Shown here one piece after another: positions 11,877 through 22,560 of a stretch of DNA of 64,000 bases. This stretch comes from Utricularia gibba (Eukaryota; Plantae; Magnoliophyta). Under the pieces are notes generated by a model. It was not told the origin of the DNA and did no database searches. It saw only the letters and a list, made by a program, of their open reading frames with translations. The stretch's first letter is position 1; every line of letters starts with the position of its first letter. The stretch covers positions 1,178,001 to 1,242,000 of the forward strand of contig NEEC01000014.1 in assembly GCA_002189035.1 (NCBI GenBank), in the 5' to 3' direction. A program made the position numbers and the translations under genes.

Positions 11877-13174
11877 TCATCCGAAGACACCAAGAGACTG
11901 CTTTGAGACAGTGATGCCACCGTCAACCGCAAGATCAGCACCGCTTATGTACTTGGACTCATCACTAGCAAAGAACACAACCGCATTGGCAACATCATCT
12001 GCTGTTAGCTCCAACCCCTCGCCCTTCAAGTTGGCGTTCCTGGTAGCGAACTGCCGGAACGCCGCAATCGTCTCCTCCGTCCGCTCCTCCTCCGGCAGAT
12101 GTTTGAAGGCCAAGGGCGTTGGCACCATGTAGGGTGAGACACAGTTCACTCGAACTCCATGCCTCCCTAGTTCAGCAGCAACGCTTCTTGTCAGCCCAAC
12201 AACAGCATGCTTTGATGCTGTGTAGCCATGAGGTGCGAGTCCTCCCATTTTCCCTGCGATGCTGCTTATGGATATGATGGTGCCCTTCTTGGCTGGGATC
12301 ATTATTCTTGCAGCATGCTTCATTCCCAAGAAGACGCCTTTTGCATTCACATCAAAGATGCGCTCAAAGTTTGAGATGTCATAGTTGAGAATACTGGGAC
12401 ATGGGCCTTCGGCTATCCCTGCGTTGTTCACCATTATGTCAAGGGAGCCGAACTTTTCAAGGGTGAAGTTCACTGTGTTCTTGACATCTTGTTCCTTGGT
12501 TACGTCGCAGTGGAAAGTTGCAACATCGGGGCTGGTCTTGCGGAGATGCTCTGCGCTTTGGATATCAGCGACGCAGACCTTTGCGCCATGGCGGAGGAAC
12601 TGTTGAACGATCCTCTCCCCGATTCCAGCAGCGCCTCCGGTGACAATTGCAACTTTTCCCAACAATCTGAAGAGAAGAAGAAGCAAAAGGTGATCTACAC
12701 CGAGAGAATAAACAGATTGGAGGTTCATCATGTAGACAAGGGATGGTTAAAAACCCACAAAAAGCGGATGTCAAGATAAGCAACTGTAATCCAAAAAAAG
12801 CAAAAAACCAAGCTTGCTCCATTTAAACTTTTTTTTCAAGCATCTTCTACTTCATCAAAATCTCATTCATATATAATCGCGACAGAAGTGCAAGTCCACC
12901 ATTCACGTCCAGAAAAAAGGACAAGGGTGATCATCGATTCCCAGGCAACAAAAATGAAACTTTAAGGAATGAACTGGTAACAAGTGATTATTCTGAAGCA
13001 AGTTTCTGACCAGTAAATCGAGCAGAACGAATGCTACATCATCAGATCCACCAGAAAAAAAAAAACCATTCAGATCTAAGAACAGAGAGAAACCAAATAC
13101 ACTGCTAGACATTTCAACAAACACTTCACGGGCGTGTCCAAGGTAAGGGTCTCTATACTATACCTCTGAGCCAT
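11877..13174 (-). CDS. ABA2: Short-chain dehydrogenase (SDR110C), xanthoxin dehydrogenase ABA2-like; exons 13164-13174 and 11877-12666, 266 aa
   Basis: MAQR|LLGKVAIVTGGAAGIG (TGxxxGxG), NNAG and YTASK (YxxxK). The ABA2-typical stretch VNCVSPY..LAFKHLPEEERTEE..NANLKG is present. Confidence 0.88.
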
Positions 13175-13725
13175 AGCCAGAAACCCACTCAAAATTTGCT
13201 CCCTTAATTTTTCTCTCCACAGCCTGACGCTTGGACCAATCTATGGCTTCTTGCCCCCGGGCCCCCCAGTTGCTACCCCATTTCAAACGCAAATACGCTG
13301 ATATTTAAATACAAATAGTCAAATCTCAAACCTGGCGTGCCATGGCGATAAAGCTACTATGCCTTTCGGAATTTCGACAAGGTTGGCGCTGCCTTTTCGA
13401 ACGCAGTTGGTGATGAAAACTCTTTGAAGAAAAACCCACGTTGGGTGTCGCTCTGAGGTTAGGTTCAGATGTACCACATGTCTGAACACAGAACACAGAA
13501 ACACAACTCAAGTTCGTTCTCGGACCCCATCTACGCTACTGCCACAAGTTAAAATTTTGAAAAAAGCAGATAACTTTGGCCGAACTCAGCACACGCGTCT
13601 CAAGCTCAAAGCGTAAGGGAGACCAAGAAGGAAGGAAGGCTGCTTGTTTGTCTGTCTGCAAATGGAAGAAGATACAGAGAGTCGAATTCAGGCCCAATGG
13701 GCCGCTGGGACAAAACACAATTCGA

Positions 13726-14249
13726 TCACATCTTCTGGGACAAGAGGACGAGGAGTCCCTGCGGACCAACGAGGATCTCGTTGAGGAAACTCACCAGCCC
13801 AAACCACACCACCGGAGTTACGTCTACTCCGGCCAGCGGCGGAATGAGCTTCCTCGTCTGAGCAAGAAACGGCTCCGTCGGAGCATACGCCACCACGTAC
13901 GGGAACTTATCCACCGGTAGTTTCGGGTACCAAGACATGACAATTCGCAATACGAAGAGAAACCCAAACGCCGATAGAAACGGCCCTAGAATCCCGATCG
14001 CCGCCAATGTCGTTCCGCGGTCCAAGTCCATCAGCACCATCGATGACCAGCCGTGGCATTCCTCTGCTGCGGCGGAGGAGAGATGAAGAACGGAGGGGTT
14101 CCCAGAGAACAACTCGGTCTGTGGCCGAGGCCGAGAGTGATACCACCACGAGCACCACCGTGAATTCCTGGGGTTTTTGCAATGGATTTAGGGTTTGTTA
14201 CTCCAAATGAGAACTTGGAAGATAACAAGAGAGCATTTTGCATCGCCAT
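13726..14249 (-). CDS. CCB3: YGGT-family cytochrome b6f heme attachment factor CCB3, chloroplast; probable frameshift near 14170-14178
   Basis: The C-terminal LRIVMSWYPKLPVDKFPYVVAYAPTEP...VDVTPVVWFGLVSFLNEILVGPQGLL matches CCB3. The likely transit peptide (MAMQNALLLSSKFSF..., ATG 14249) is in a different frame from the conserved domain. Confidence 0.85.
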
Positions 14250-14499
14250 TGTTACTTCTGCTCCCACTCTGTGCTCCGCCCACGAGCTGCAAATGCTAAG
14301 CAGCGCTACTTCTCTTGTACATACTTATCCAAAACATGTGATCCATATTCAAAGCTTTATCCTTTGATCCAAAAAACTTGAAATGACAAAAGCCCACATA
14401 ACAGGATGCAGTTCTTGCTTGAGTTTCACTCAGAACAACACGAACAACTATCACATACAAATCTCCAAGTTTTACGAGCTTGAAATGTTGAAGGGATTG

Positions 14500-15530
14500 T
14501 TAATTCTTTGCAGGATCACTGAAGAAGCTGTTGAGGGTTGGCATGATCTCAGGTTTCCTGTTTTGGACGAATTTCCTGAGGAAATGCTCCTTGTATTTGA
14601 ACCCCTCATCGAAATTCTCCAGCACACCAGCAGCTCTGCCTTGCTTGCTCACACTGTGACAAATATAACAGCAAAAAACCATTATTTATCACTAATCAGT
14701 TCTAGTCATCCCTTATAAATGACAGACTGTTGAACCCCCTGAATGCACACATATTTAGCTGTGTGTTTAGAATGCTGGGGATAGATCTATTCAAGGATCA
14801 AAGCTGGAGCAAAGGTAGAGGCACTTTGGATGAGCATTGATCACAATTCATCACCCATGAGGCATTGTTTATGGGTTCAGAACACTCACTATTACAACAT
14901 GGACAACAAGTTCGACAAGAACTGCTGGCGCCAGCTCAAAGCCGTCTCAAACAAGAACCAACAAAAGCGATGTTCAGTTTATATAAATCCCATTCCCCTG
15001 CAAAGGGTAGGCCTCATTCTTCGCTTCCTAGTCTATTGCTCTAATAGAGTAGGCCTCACAGAAACAAAATCTCATTAAAACTCCTTCCACAAAAAGGTAT
15101 GGAGTTTGAGATTTGACTTGAGATAAATTCAGCAGAAAAAAGAAAAGGTTTTTCATTGCAATAAAGAAGAAGAATTCCCATCCGTGAACTAGCGGGATAA
15201 ACTCTATCCTTCCTGACCGCAAATCGAATCAAGTAAAACTAATTCTGACTCAAAACAATCGCTAAAACGGTAATTATAAGGAGAAACAGAGGGATATCTA
15301 CCGGACTTCAGGGTTAATCGTGATATTACGAACCAACTGAAAAGCACAGATCCCCAAGGCAACACCCGTAGCTGCAAACAGCGGGTACGCCTGAAAAAAA
15401 ATCACAGATTCATGCACACACACAACCCATCATGGCAACACTCGGTGTGAAGAGAAGAGCAGATCGATCCCGATCGGGAAGATCCAAATCCACAAACCTC
15501 GGGCCTCAACCAGCGGCTAGCCGACGCCAT
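14500..15530 (-). CDS. OZI1: OZI1 / B12D (NDUFA4-related) small protein; exons 15498-15530, 15302-15390, 14500-14653, 91 aa
   Basis: Spliced product is MASASRWLRPE|AYPLFAATGVALGICAFQLVRNITINPEVR|VSKQGRAAGVLENFDEGFKYKEHFLRKFVQNRKPEIMPTLNSFFSDPAKN. All junctions are GT-AG and in frame, and the product closely resembles AtOZI1 as recalled. Confidence 0.9.
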
Positions 15531-15784
15531 CTCCAACAGCAGGGATCAGAGAGAGAGAGCGTGTAGACGGAAGAATCGAGCTTAAAGTGAAGCCTCAACC
15601 AACCATCCGTCGACAAGTGTCTAGTTAAAAAAGACTACTTTGATCAATCACTACACTCACGATTAATCATTGGTAGAATATTTCAGACCCACAAGTTTCG
15701 AATTTCCTGTCCACAGAAAGCAAAACAAGGTAACCAGAACGGGCTCTCGCTTTTTCATGTACAAAAAGAAAGCAAACCACAAGT

Positions 15785-17197
15785 CTAGCACTTCGTGAGC
15801 ATGCTCCAGGTGCGTGCCACGTGGAACCTCAGGCACCCCCCCCCGTTCACTGCTGGCTCTCCCACGGTCACCCTTGGCTCGTATGGCTTTCTGCATCCTG
15901 GGCAACGCCCGTCTTCCTCGAGGATTCTCTTGTGACAGAAGAGGCAGATCCTGAACCCACATGGGCAGGGGAGAAAATTTGAGTCCGTGTAGTCAAAATC
16001 CTCGAAACATATTGGACAAGAAGTGGTCACGGGCACAACATTCTTGCGGCCGTAACTGGGCTGTCGGCCATTGGGGTGGTGCTTAGAGTTCATGGTTAAA
16101 GTCGGCAAGCTTCGCGGCCGGAATGCATCATCTGGCCTCCAAGCACAGGGATTCTCAACAGCTCTTCGGTTAGGTGTGCCCGTCATAATATGGATTGCAC
16201 CCACTCGAGGAACAGTTTGTTCTGCCATATCATCCTTATCAGGTGTACGCTTTTCTCCATTAACTTGCTGCTTTTCATCAGATACACCCAAGGCATCAGC
16301 CATTGCTTCCCAGTCATCAAAGCAGTCATCCTCCCCTCCATCGCCCTCACTCACGTTGCCTGGAGAGAATCCACTACTGCTGCTGCTGCTGCTCTGATCA
16401 CTGAAAAAACCATTCCCAAAGCTTGCCATTCTAGCCATGTATTGGGATGTAAGGATCATGGGATCAATTTCACTGATAGTACTATTCTGACAGCGGTTCA
16501 TGCTTGCATTGAAATTGACCATGGAATCTTGGTTGCCATCATATACGCTTGCAGAGTGGCTAGTTGGGCTGCTGGGGGAAATGACTTTGAATCACTGGAA
16601 TTGTTCGTTGATGGTGTATCATCATCCTTACTTCTTGGTTCCATTTCCAGCTTTTCCAAATGATTTGGTGACCTTTGGCTCCCTAACACCCCATCACTTC
16701 CTTCCTCCTTTGCCATATTCTTATTTCTCACTGGAAGGAAATGCAGCTCTCAAAATCAAGAATTGATACAAAAATACAATATATAAAAGAAGAATCCACG
16801 CCCATAAAACAAGATTCACGAATACCAAATAAATGAACTACTACAACCACAAAGCGTGCAAGATTTCTAAACACACCCTGGGAAAGCCACTGCTCGCGAC
16901 GAGCATCAAGCTTGCACTGCTTCAACTTTGACAAACGGTTCGCCTGCAGAGCAGAGATATCCGAAATGAACGCCCATCCCAACGGGCAACAAAAACAATC
17001 TCAAATTGATGAAAAATAACGATAATCGAAAAAACATATCAAAGCATCTTTCAGCAATCAACAACGAGTAAACAACATCAGCATCGGAAACGCAAATGCA
17101 TTAAAAAACGAAAACGTGCCCTCTTTTTCTTGGCGAAATCCCTGGGATTCGATGAAGCCATGGACACAGAGGCCTTGGGAACTGAATCAGGAAACAT
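15785..17197 (-). CDS. NOT4-type (C4C4) RING-finger protein; exons 17120-17197, 16877-16943 and a long last exon ending at 15785; 1-nt frameshift at 16574-16578; GC-AG first intron
   Basis: N-terminal KKKR|ANRLSKLKQCKLDARREQWLSQ, a central AWRPDDAFRPRSLP motif and a C-terminal CPICFEDFDYTDSNFLPCPCGFRICLFCHKRILEEDGRCPGCRKPY RING. Confidence 0.88.
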
Positions 17198-18298
17198 GGC
17201 TGGGCTGAGGCGACGCAAGCACGAATCGAAGTGGGGAACCCTAAACTTCTGTCGGAGATTTCGGAGCGAAGAGACGTAATCGTTTCGGCGTTAACGGGAA
17301 GCACAATTCCTCCCTCTCCTCCGGCGTCACAAATTTATAAATCGGATTCAAGTCCTCATTTGCACGAATGAGGCTCTAATTACCAATCTGCCCTTCAGCT
17401 CTGGAGGGAGGAAAACCAGAACTTTTTCGTCATTTCTTATTCAAAATTTAACCTTTTTAATTAAAAAACAAAATTGGTGAACAAATATTTTTCAGATCAT
17501 TTACTAAACTGATCATTCTCTCTCACACACTAATCAAATTTTTTAATTAAGGATAACCACCTTTATTAACGAGGATAACCACCTTTATGATACACCTTCT
17601 TCATGTCTCTCCCTGTTTTTTCCTGTGAGAAATGAGTGGGATAGCAGGAGTTGTATCTACACTGAGAACACTCATGATTCAAACTACTGATCTCAACACC
17701 TTCAGTGAAGGGAAAGCTAATGGCTAGTCTTATTTTGCTTCAAGCAACTTGATTTCTGTTCGAGGAAAAGAACAGCGAAAAACAAATCATCAGACACACT
17801 CAGAGTGACAAGCTTCAACTTACAAGAGGGTGCACGGTTTCACACTCGGTTAACTTCGGTCACAGAAACATTGGTCCAACCATGGCATAGAGTGCATTAT
17901 TTGGAGATGGAGGAACCACCCATCATTCAGAAATTTGTGGCTCGGATCTCTTCTCAAGCTGCTGCAAACCACAACAGTTGGACAGATAAGAAATGATACA
18001 TTATTGAAGGAAACAGGGGTGGCATGGGGCAACTATCTTCCTTGCAGGAAACGCATGAAACATGTAGTAGCAATGTAAGGCCGAGAAGTGTGATTCGTAT
18101 ACAGCATTTGGTGATCCAAGTAACAGTAATTAAATGATCAACTAAACTACTCCAAAATAACTCGTCTCTCAACCTGAAGACCAGCAAGCAATCACTAATG
18201 CACCGTCTTTCTAGCATTTGATTCAATGGTATCAGAAAGATTGACCCAAGCACTTCTTCAGCTCAACCAAAACTCACCGAAAGATTGAACTTTCCAAA

Positions 18299-18553
18299 TC
18301 AATTTTGTTTTCCAAACTCGGAAATCTAAATGGTTCCCTTAAAAGCTGAGGTAAAGCGATTCACAACCAAGCAGAGATGTCCATTACAAGGAACTGAGGT
18401 AGAAGACATGATTCTTACCGCTTGAGCAGAGTGCCATGACAGACCACGGTAAATATTCATCGAGAGGGTTGCTGTAAGATACAACGTTGCAACCCCCAGC
18501 CCCGCTGTCAAGGACTTGTACACCAAATCCCCAATTCTACTCGCCGCCGCCAT
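18299..18553 (-). CDS. Small (~53 aa) single-TM protein, possibly COX14-like; exons 18419-18553 and probably 18299-18325
   Basis: MAAASRIGDLVYKSLTAGLGVATLYLTATLSMNIYRGLSWHSAQA is followed by a strong GTAAG donor and has one hydrophobic segment. The last exon and the family assignment are tentative. Confidence 0.65.
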
Positions 18554-18728
18554 TTTCACCGAACACCACTCAATATATCGATTGAAACCCACCTCCTCCC
18601 CTCGCTCCGATGCCCACCTTGAACCGAAAACCCCTAACGAGCACCAGAATTTATCGCCAAGGTCGGTAACGGAAAGAAAAGCAGAAATTAAGCGCTACAA
18701 ATTTATGCGGTTGGCCAAATAAATAAAT

Positions 18729-18737
18729 AAACCCTAA
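18729..18737. promoter_or_regulatory. Telo-box AAACCCTAA upstream of the small 53-aa gene
   Basis: Exact AAACCCTAA about 180 bp upstream of ATG 18553. Confidence 0.45.
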
Positions 18738-18764
18738 TACAATCCCCAATTCTGGAAGGTCCTA

Positions 18765-18918
18765 TCATCCGTACACACACTAACCTCGAGTATGAATAGT
18801 AATTAGTGTTTTTTAAAAATATTAATTCTTTTAATGGAGTTTCATCCGTACACACACTAACCTCGAGTATGAATAGTAATTAGTGTTTTTTAAAAATATT
18901 AATTCTTTTAATGGAGTT
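18765..18918. repeat. Perfect 77-bp tandem duplication
   Basis: TCATCCGTACACACACTAACCTCGAG...TTAATGGAGTT occurs at 18765-18841 and again at 18842-18918. Confidence 0.95.
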
Positions 18919-19046
18919 TTAGGTCATTGAAGAAAAAAAACAACACCAGCAATAACTTATCACCAAGTGTGTTACATGTTACAATTCAACTGGCAACTCT
19001 CAGATCTTCATCTGATGGAACTGTCATACTTCTTATGGAGTTTCAT

Positions 19047-21681
19047 TCAGTCCCAACACCTCTTCCCCGATAATGACAGAAGCTGCAAGAGTTTGAAACA
19101 GCATAAGGGCCATGAATGCAGGGTAAATTGAGCTACTCATTCTGCTCCACGATTTGGTGTTGCATTTGAGGCGTTTTGCAGTTTTGTATGGTAAAAGCAA
19201 GGTGTTATAGAGCAGGGATGCAAAAGGGTCGAAGCTAGTTTACCTGTTGAGCGACTTGCAGTTGCTCTTGCACTGATTCCCTTGATGCAGTCGTCATGGA
19301 TAACTCCAAACTTTTGTCATCACTTTCAACGCCTCCTGGTTGCTGTTCCATCTCGAGCTCTTCTGATCCTCCTGAGACTTCTTTCTTCCGCTTTCTTTGG
19401 TATGTAAATTTGACTGTTTTTCCATTCAGATGGCTTGAAAACACTTGAGCTGCTTCGGATGGTAATGAGTCCAAGCTGTACACTTCAGTTGACATTTTTA
19501 CCGCAGCACCATTACCATCACGTCCCACACAAAAAACAGAATGTTCATCAGGGTTTCCTTGTTGTTCAGAGACTTCTGCATCACTAGTCAGATCCTGTGA
19601 CTCTGAGCATTGACCTAAACCAGACATATTGACATGAGGGGTTTCAATTTCTGAAACTGGTTTTCTAAGAGAATCCTTTGCTAGATGCTCAGATTTCAGC
19701 ATATCAGCTGTCTGGCTTGCACCTGATCCTGGTATGCTACATTTTTGTCTAGCACTTCTCTTCCTTTTCTGAAGGAAAGATGAGGAACCACCTGAACCAA
19801 AATTAGCTAAGGGCTTCTTTTCAAGTTTAGCCACTGAAGCCAGTGCTTTGGATGCCTCATGGCCTTTGTCATCTTCAGTATTGTTTTCCCTATCTGGTTT
19901 ACCCAAGAGATACATATTTCTTTTGGAACAATTCCATTCACATGCACGGATTCTTTGCGTACACCCATTTCTGTACAGGCCAGGCTCTCCAGTTTGGCAT
20001 GAATGCATCTCATCTTCCCTCAATCTTTCTTTTGAACAAAATCCATTCATATGACACGAGTTCTCTTTCTGCCTTCTCACAAGCTCAGACTGTAGTTCTT
20101 CCAGTTCTTGTCTAAGAACTCTTACAATTTCTTCAGACTCTTCAAGCTGGGTTTCAAGGTCATCAATCTTGTCCCGTTGACAGGAACAAGCTGCTTCAGA
20201 CTCCCTGATCTGTAAATTCCACGAGGTCAGTATCATCTAGTAGGTCCAAAAAGCTGGAAAAGGAAAATTAATGGTTGGTTTTTTGTTCCTAAAATCATGA
20301 GAAATGTCTCGGAAATAACTGCAGCTATGATGCGTCTAATCAAGCTGTACAAGGCCTTTTTATTACTTATTTGAAAACAAAAAAGCCAAAGGTATCATCC
20401 GCGATTCCATGTGGCTGAAGCATGACAGAGTTAGGGCTAAACAAAAGAAGAGCAATAAGAAGCAAAAGTTCTCTCAGGATCATTTTGCCCCATAAATAAA
20501 TGAGTTGCAGTTTTCACGGCTTGGATGGAAGCAGAGAAAGAAATATGCAACGCAACACCAGTGACATTAAACCTTTTCTCCACATTAAGAGGTTGGAGGT
20601 ATGAACCATACGACTATCAAGTTAAGCATGGGCTTTCCGCTGCTAATGACTCACCCTCTATCTGAAGCATGAGCTTGGAAGGTACGCGCATCTATGGAGA
20701 ACTAGAAAAGAGAGCAATAATGCACACAAATGATCTAGAAAAAAAAAACAATAAGGCAAGAACAAATTTCATGTACAAAGACATTTAGCAGTGTAAACTA
20801 AAACCATTTCAAATATTTCGTTTCCATGCCATTGCTCAGAATATATGCACATTGGAGCTCAAACCATCAGAACAACTAATCAATGAAGATGAAAGACAGG
20901 CGTATGGAAAAACCAAAGATTATCAGTAGCCATCAAAAGCCAATGAAATGGAAAATATTAAAAAAATAATCTTTTTGATTTACCTGTTTATCCATAATGT
21001 TCTTGAGGCGTAGCAGCATCCGCACCCCTTCCTCTTTTGCCACCTTAAGCTCATGCTGAAATTTTATTGATTTCCTCTCTGAAGCCATAACTCTTGCTGC
21101 TGCCTCCTCGGTTATTCTCAATATCACATCAGCGTACGCTTTCTTCAAGGCCGTTAAGTTCTAGAACACAAAAAAAGCACAATAGATGGCGGAATAATCA
21201 TATTATTGACACCTTCATTACTCAAATAATATGCATCCTATCATGTGTGAAGAAAAAACTCAAAAAGAGAACTTTTTTGCCACTCTGACAACAATGCACA
21301 TACACAAACACATCCAAATAACACACCCGAAAAAAAAGACTATCTGAAGTCGGGGAAATCACGATATAACGCATAAGACCATCAAAACGAGAGAAAAATT
21401 CAGTCACCAACTAAACCACCATCCGCCAACCCAAACCTACACAATCCCCAGAATACACCCATCACCAAAAGATCAAAAAATCAAGAAAACCAAAAAAAGG
21501 GAACAAACTACTTCAAGCCGTGAAAAAGCATTGCAATGACATCCAAGAAAGCACCACAAAAAAATGATACAGAGACACAGCAGGGTACACTTCGATGCTC
21601 TTCAGCCGACAAAAAAAACACCCGACCTCAAAAATCACCCGAGCACAAGTTTTAGCAGAAACTCACCCCATCGGTCTCCAT
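19047..21681 (-). CDS. Uncharacterised plant coiled-coil protein (At1g74860/At1g19010-like); exons 21667-21681, 20984-21160, 19244-20209, 19047-19082
   Basis: METDG|NLTALKKAYADVILRITEEAAARVMASERK...|IRESEA...KIDDLETQLEESEEIVRVLRQEL, then GLYRNGCTQRIRA, KFTYQRKRKK and VAQQ|LLSLSGKRCWD. All junctions are in frame. Confidence 0.82.
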
Positions 21682-22560
21682 CTCAGAGAGCCCTCAAAAA
21701 TCAACCCGCTTTCCACAAAGAGGCTTTTCGGGAGTTCGGGTTCGTTGGGTTTCCGATTTCATTTATTTGCTCAGCCAGTTCTGTTATGAACGGAAACTTC
21801 CGTTGATTAAATTACGTGTTTACCCCTGACGGTGATACTCATCTACTACTATGCCACGCCAGAATCGCTGACTCCTACGATGGCGACCCCCAACGCCAAA
21901 ATACCTGCTCTGTGGGACCCAACAGTGGCTTACAAGTCTTTTCTATTTTGGAGGGAAAACGGACGCCACTTGGAAAGTACATTTCTACCCCCCGATTTTG
22001 TTTTTTAAAAATGAACGCAATTCTTTTTAAATATATTATTTACGAAAAAGCAAATCATCATAGTCCCTAATCCCTCAATGTGATTGGTGAATTAGAGAAT
22101 AAACATCAGAAATTAATTGTTCCCTAATTTACCCTGCAGGTCTTAATCAATATTTATATTTATTTGCCTTGGAAAAAAATATTTATTTATTATATATCTC
22201 CACATGGTGATCACTTTTCAAAATCTCCAGAGCACTTGAAAAAAAGCCCCTCAAAGGGTCGTATTGTTACATCAAATCAAACCAAGCACACGGCACAGAC
22301 ACAGGCCTCAACAGCTCACTGAATCCGACAGATCCTCATCTTCCAAAGGGAAACACAATGAAAATGATACTTACAGAAAGCGTATGCTTTCCCTGCTCCC
22401 CTCAACAGCAGCAGAGCAGAAAAAAGGACTCATTCCTTGGATGCAGCAGCAGCCTGTGTGGAGTAGGAAAGGAGGGAAACTTGAAAGAGAAAAGGATGAT
22501 GTACAAGTGTGGAGATGGGCGAGGAAAAAACGGCCCTTCCCTTCGGATGGATGCTCAGTG

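Noticed and set aside
14654-15301. GTGATGA (box C-like) in OZI1 intron 2 as a possible intronic snoRNA
   Set aside because: No appropriately spaced CTGA box D or terminal stem was seen.
20630-20665. 7-nt candidate micro-exon (CAG|ATAGAGG|GTGAG) in intron 2 of the coiled-coil gene
   Set aside because: Inclusion would break the frame, and the flanking exons already join in phase 0.
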